NCBI RefSeq assembly: GCF_009914755.1
Contig: NC_060946.1
Source: the human T2T-CHM13v2.0 reference genome, Homo sapiens
Length of the DNA: 64,000 nucleotides
Direction: 5' to 3' (one strand)
Positions 61,670 through 64,000 of this stretch are shown here, one piece after another. Position numbers and translations under genes: made by a program. The notes beneath the pieces were generated by a model, which saw only the letters and a list, made by a program, of their open reading frames with translations, searched no databases and had not been told where the DNA came from. Within the stretch, counting starts at the first letter, position 1. Each line of letters starts with the position of its first letter.

Positions 61670-62530
61670 TCTTTTATTTGAGTAAAACATATGTAACAAA
61701 AATTTACCATTTGATCATTTTTAAACATACAATTCGGTAGCATTAAGTGCATTTGCAATGTGTATTCATCACCACTACCTAGTTCCAAAACTAGATCACC
61801 CCAAGTGGAAACCACCTACCCATTCATCAGTCAGCTCCTTCTCCTCCCTAGCACTTGGCAACCACTCGTCTACTTTCTGTCTCTGGATTTGACTATGGAT
61901 ATTTCATATAAATAGAATCATACAGTATGTAGCCTTTTGTGTCTAACTTTCACTTACCATAATGTTTCAATACTTACTCATATTGTGGCGTATATTCGTA
62001 CTTTGTTCCTTTTCATGGCCAAAAAATAATCCATTGTATGGATAGACCATATTTTGTTTATTCATTTGTCAATTGGTGGGCATTTGGGTTGTTTCCACCT
62101 TTTGGCTTTTTTGAATAGTGCTGCTGGGAACGTTCCTGTACAGGTATTTGTTTGAACATCTGCTTTCAGTTCTTTGAAGTATAGACAAGGAGTGGGATTG
62201 CTGGGCCGTATATTAACTCTGTGTTTAACTTACTGAGGAACTGCCAAACTCTTCCTCAGCAGCGGCATCATTTGCCGTTCCCACCAGCAGTGTCCAAGGA
62301 TTCCAGTATCTGCATCCTCACCATGTTTTTCTTTTCTTTTAAATAATAGCCATCCTAATGGCTGTGAAGTGTCATCTTCTTGTGGTTTTGATTTGCATTT
62401 CCTTAGTGACTAACCGTGTTGAGCCTTCTCATGTGCTTGTTGGCTATTTGTATATCTTTGGGGAAATGTTCTATTTACGTCCTTTGCTCATTTTTATGTT
62501 TGGGCAACTGGGTTGTCTTTCTGTTGTTGA
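61670..62530 (-). mobile_element. L1MB-like 3' end, antisense
   Basis: catttgggttgtttccaccttttggct and gtggttttgatttgcatttcc. Confidence 0.8.
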
Positions 62531-63699
62531 TCAAGTTCATGTTTGTTTGTTCTTAATGGAAATTTTCAAATATGCACTAAAGTCATGAGAATGGTAAAAC
62601 AACCCTCCTGTACATAGCCCTAGCGACAAGATATCAGCATAGGGCACTGTCCCCACGCCCACCTGGAGGATTCGGAAGCAAACACCAGCCACTTAATGTC
62701 ACCACACACTTAGAGCTCACTCCTCCCATTGTGTCATAATCAGTTTGCTTGAATTAAGATCCAAATAGGGTTCTCACATTGTGTTTGGAAGTATGTCTCT
62801 TTTAGGTCTCTTTCAGTTCATAAATCTTTTTTTCTTTCAGTTTCTTTTTGAAGGAACGGGATTGATTGTGCATCCTACAGAGTGACCCACAGTTCAGATT
62901 CTGTTGGTTCCTTCCCCATCCTGTTGTCCGTGGTGTAAACTGGTAGGCAGAGCTGGAGGGTGGATCTGATTCCAGTTCATGTTTTTGGCAGAAACATCTC
63001 AGCTGTGGAGTTCTGTCCATTCGCAGCAGGACTGGCTGCCTCTTTCTGTGATGTCACTGCCTCTGATAACGAGGTCAGTCATTCTGGGTAATTCTGTCAC
63101 TCCTTCCTTCATTAGGCTTCCTCTTTACAGAGAAACCCCTTTGTCAGCTGTTCAGCTGCCTTGACTATGGTTTGGTCTGGAAAGTTCTATCAGGTGCTTG
63201 TTCCTCTCCCTTGATTTTCCAGCACTCAGGTTCACGAGTGGTTTCCAAGCCAGGCTGGGTGTGCCTTTGTAGATATCACCATAAACTCACCGATGTCACA
63301 TTTTAGATGTACCACCCCATTGTACTTAACACCTAACTTCAGTTTTTCAAATGGTGAGCCTTCCTGTTGGCTGTGGATTCAGATCACCTGGGTACCTTTA
63401 AAGAACATTATGCCCTGACTCGTTCACACCACGTGAATGAATGTCTCTGGGGTGGGGCAAGCGTAGGAAAACCCGAAAAATCTTTGCAGTGATTCTAGCG
63501 CACAGTGAGGATTGAGGGTCCGTATTAGATCAAGAGCAAAGACATGCAGGGCTTATCTCCAGAGGCTGCCAGCTCCACCTCGGCCGCCTGCCCTACCTCG
63601 GCCGCCTGCCCTGCCTCCTTCTTGCTCCCTCTTTACCATGTAAGTACCAACACCTGGGCTCCATGATGAGCCAGGCAAGACTCTCCCTGAAAATGTACT

Positions 63700-63790
63700 G
63701 CTTCCCCTTCCTTCCCCTTCCTTCCCCTTCCTTCCCCTTCCTTCCCCTTCCTTCCCCTTCCCTCCCCTTCCCTTCTCTCCCCTCCCCTGA
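63700..63790. repeat. (CCTTC)n-type polypyrimidine repeat
   Basis: Directly visible cttccccttc iterations. Confidence 0.9.
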
Positions 63791-64000
63791 CCTGGAGCAG
63801 AGATTGGCCCTGCTTCAGGGAGGAGATAAGCACTGTAGTCCCCAGGGCAGCACCCTTAGATCAGCAGCTAGAGGGCCTGGCCAGGTTACCCCACAGGCAC
63901 CACCGGCCCCAGGCAGGTGCCCATTCATCACTCCCAGGGCATTCTGTGTTTAACAGCCACTACCCAGAGATATCAATCAACAGTCTCGATGGTTTTTTTA

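Overview
Primate (very likely human) genomic DNA covering the 3' part of SPECC1L (cytospin-A, 22q11.23) on the + strand. Five coding exons are visible: the partial 1-88, then 8697-8787, 24871-24954, 27086-27242 and 30827-30929. All complete junctions are GT-AG with consistent phases. They encode the Ser/Pro-rich linker and the start of the calponin-homology domain. The window ends inside the long intron after 30929. The rest is intron dense in Alu, L1, L2, MIR, MaLR LTR and DNA-transposon relics, and nearly all ORFs in the supplied track are repeat-derived. Best observations: (1) a candidate frame-preserving 3-nt (or 24-nt) microexon at 22040-22042; (2) two inverted L1PA4-like 3' ends about 13.3 kb apart sharing a ~337-bp tract that is identical except for one A-run length, suggesting gene conversion; (3) a ~38-bp-stem hairpin made by inverted duplication inside a MER20; (4) three perfect TTCCAGGAA STAT-type motifs within 50 bp; (5) several cryptic, poison or terminal exon candidates. 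I found no evidence of a new multi-gene system. Repeat boundaries and subfamilies are by-eye estimates from remembered consensus sequences.
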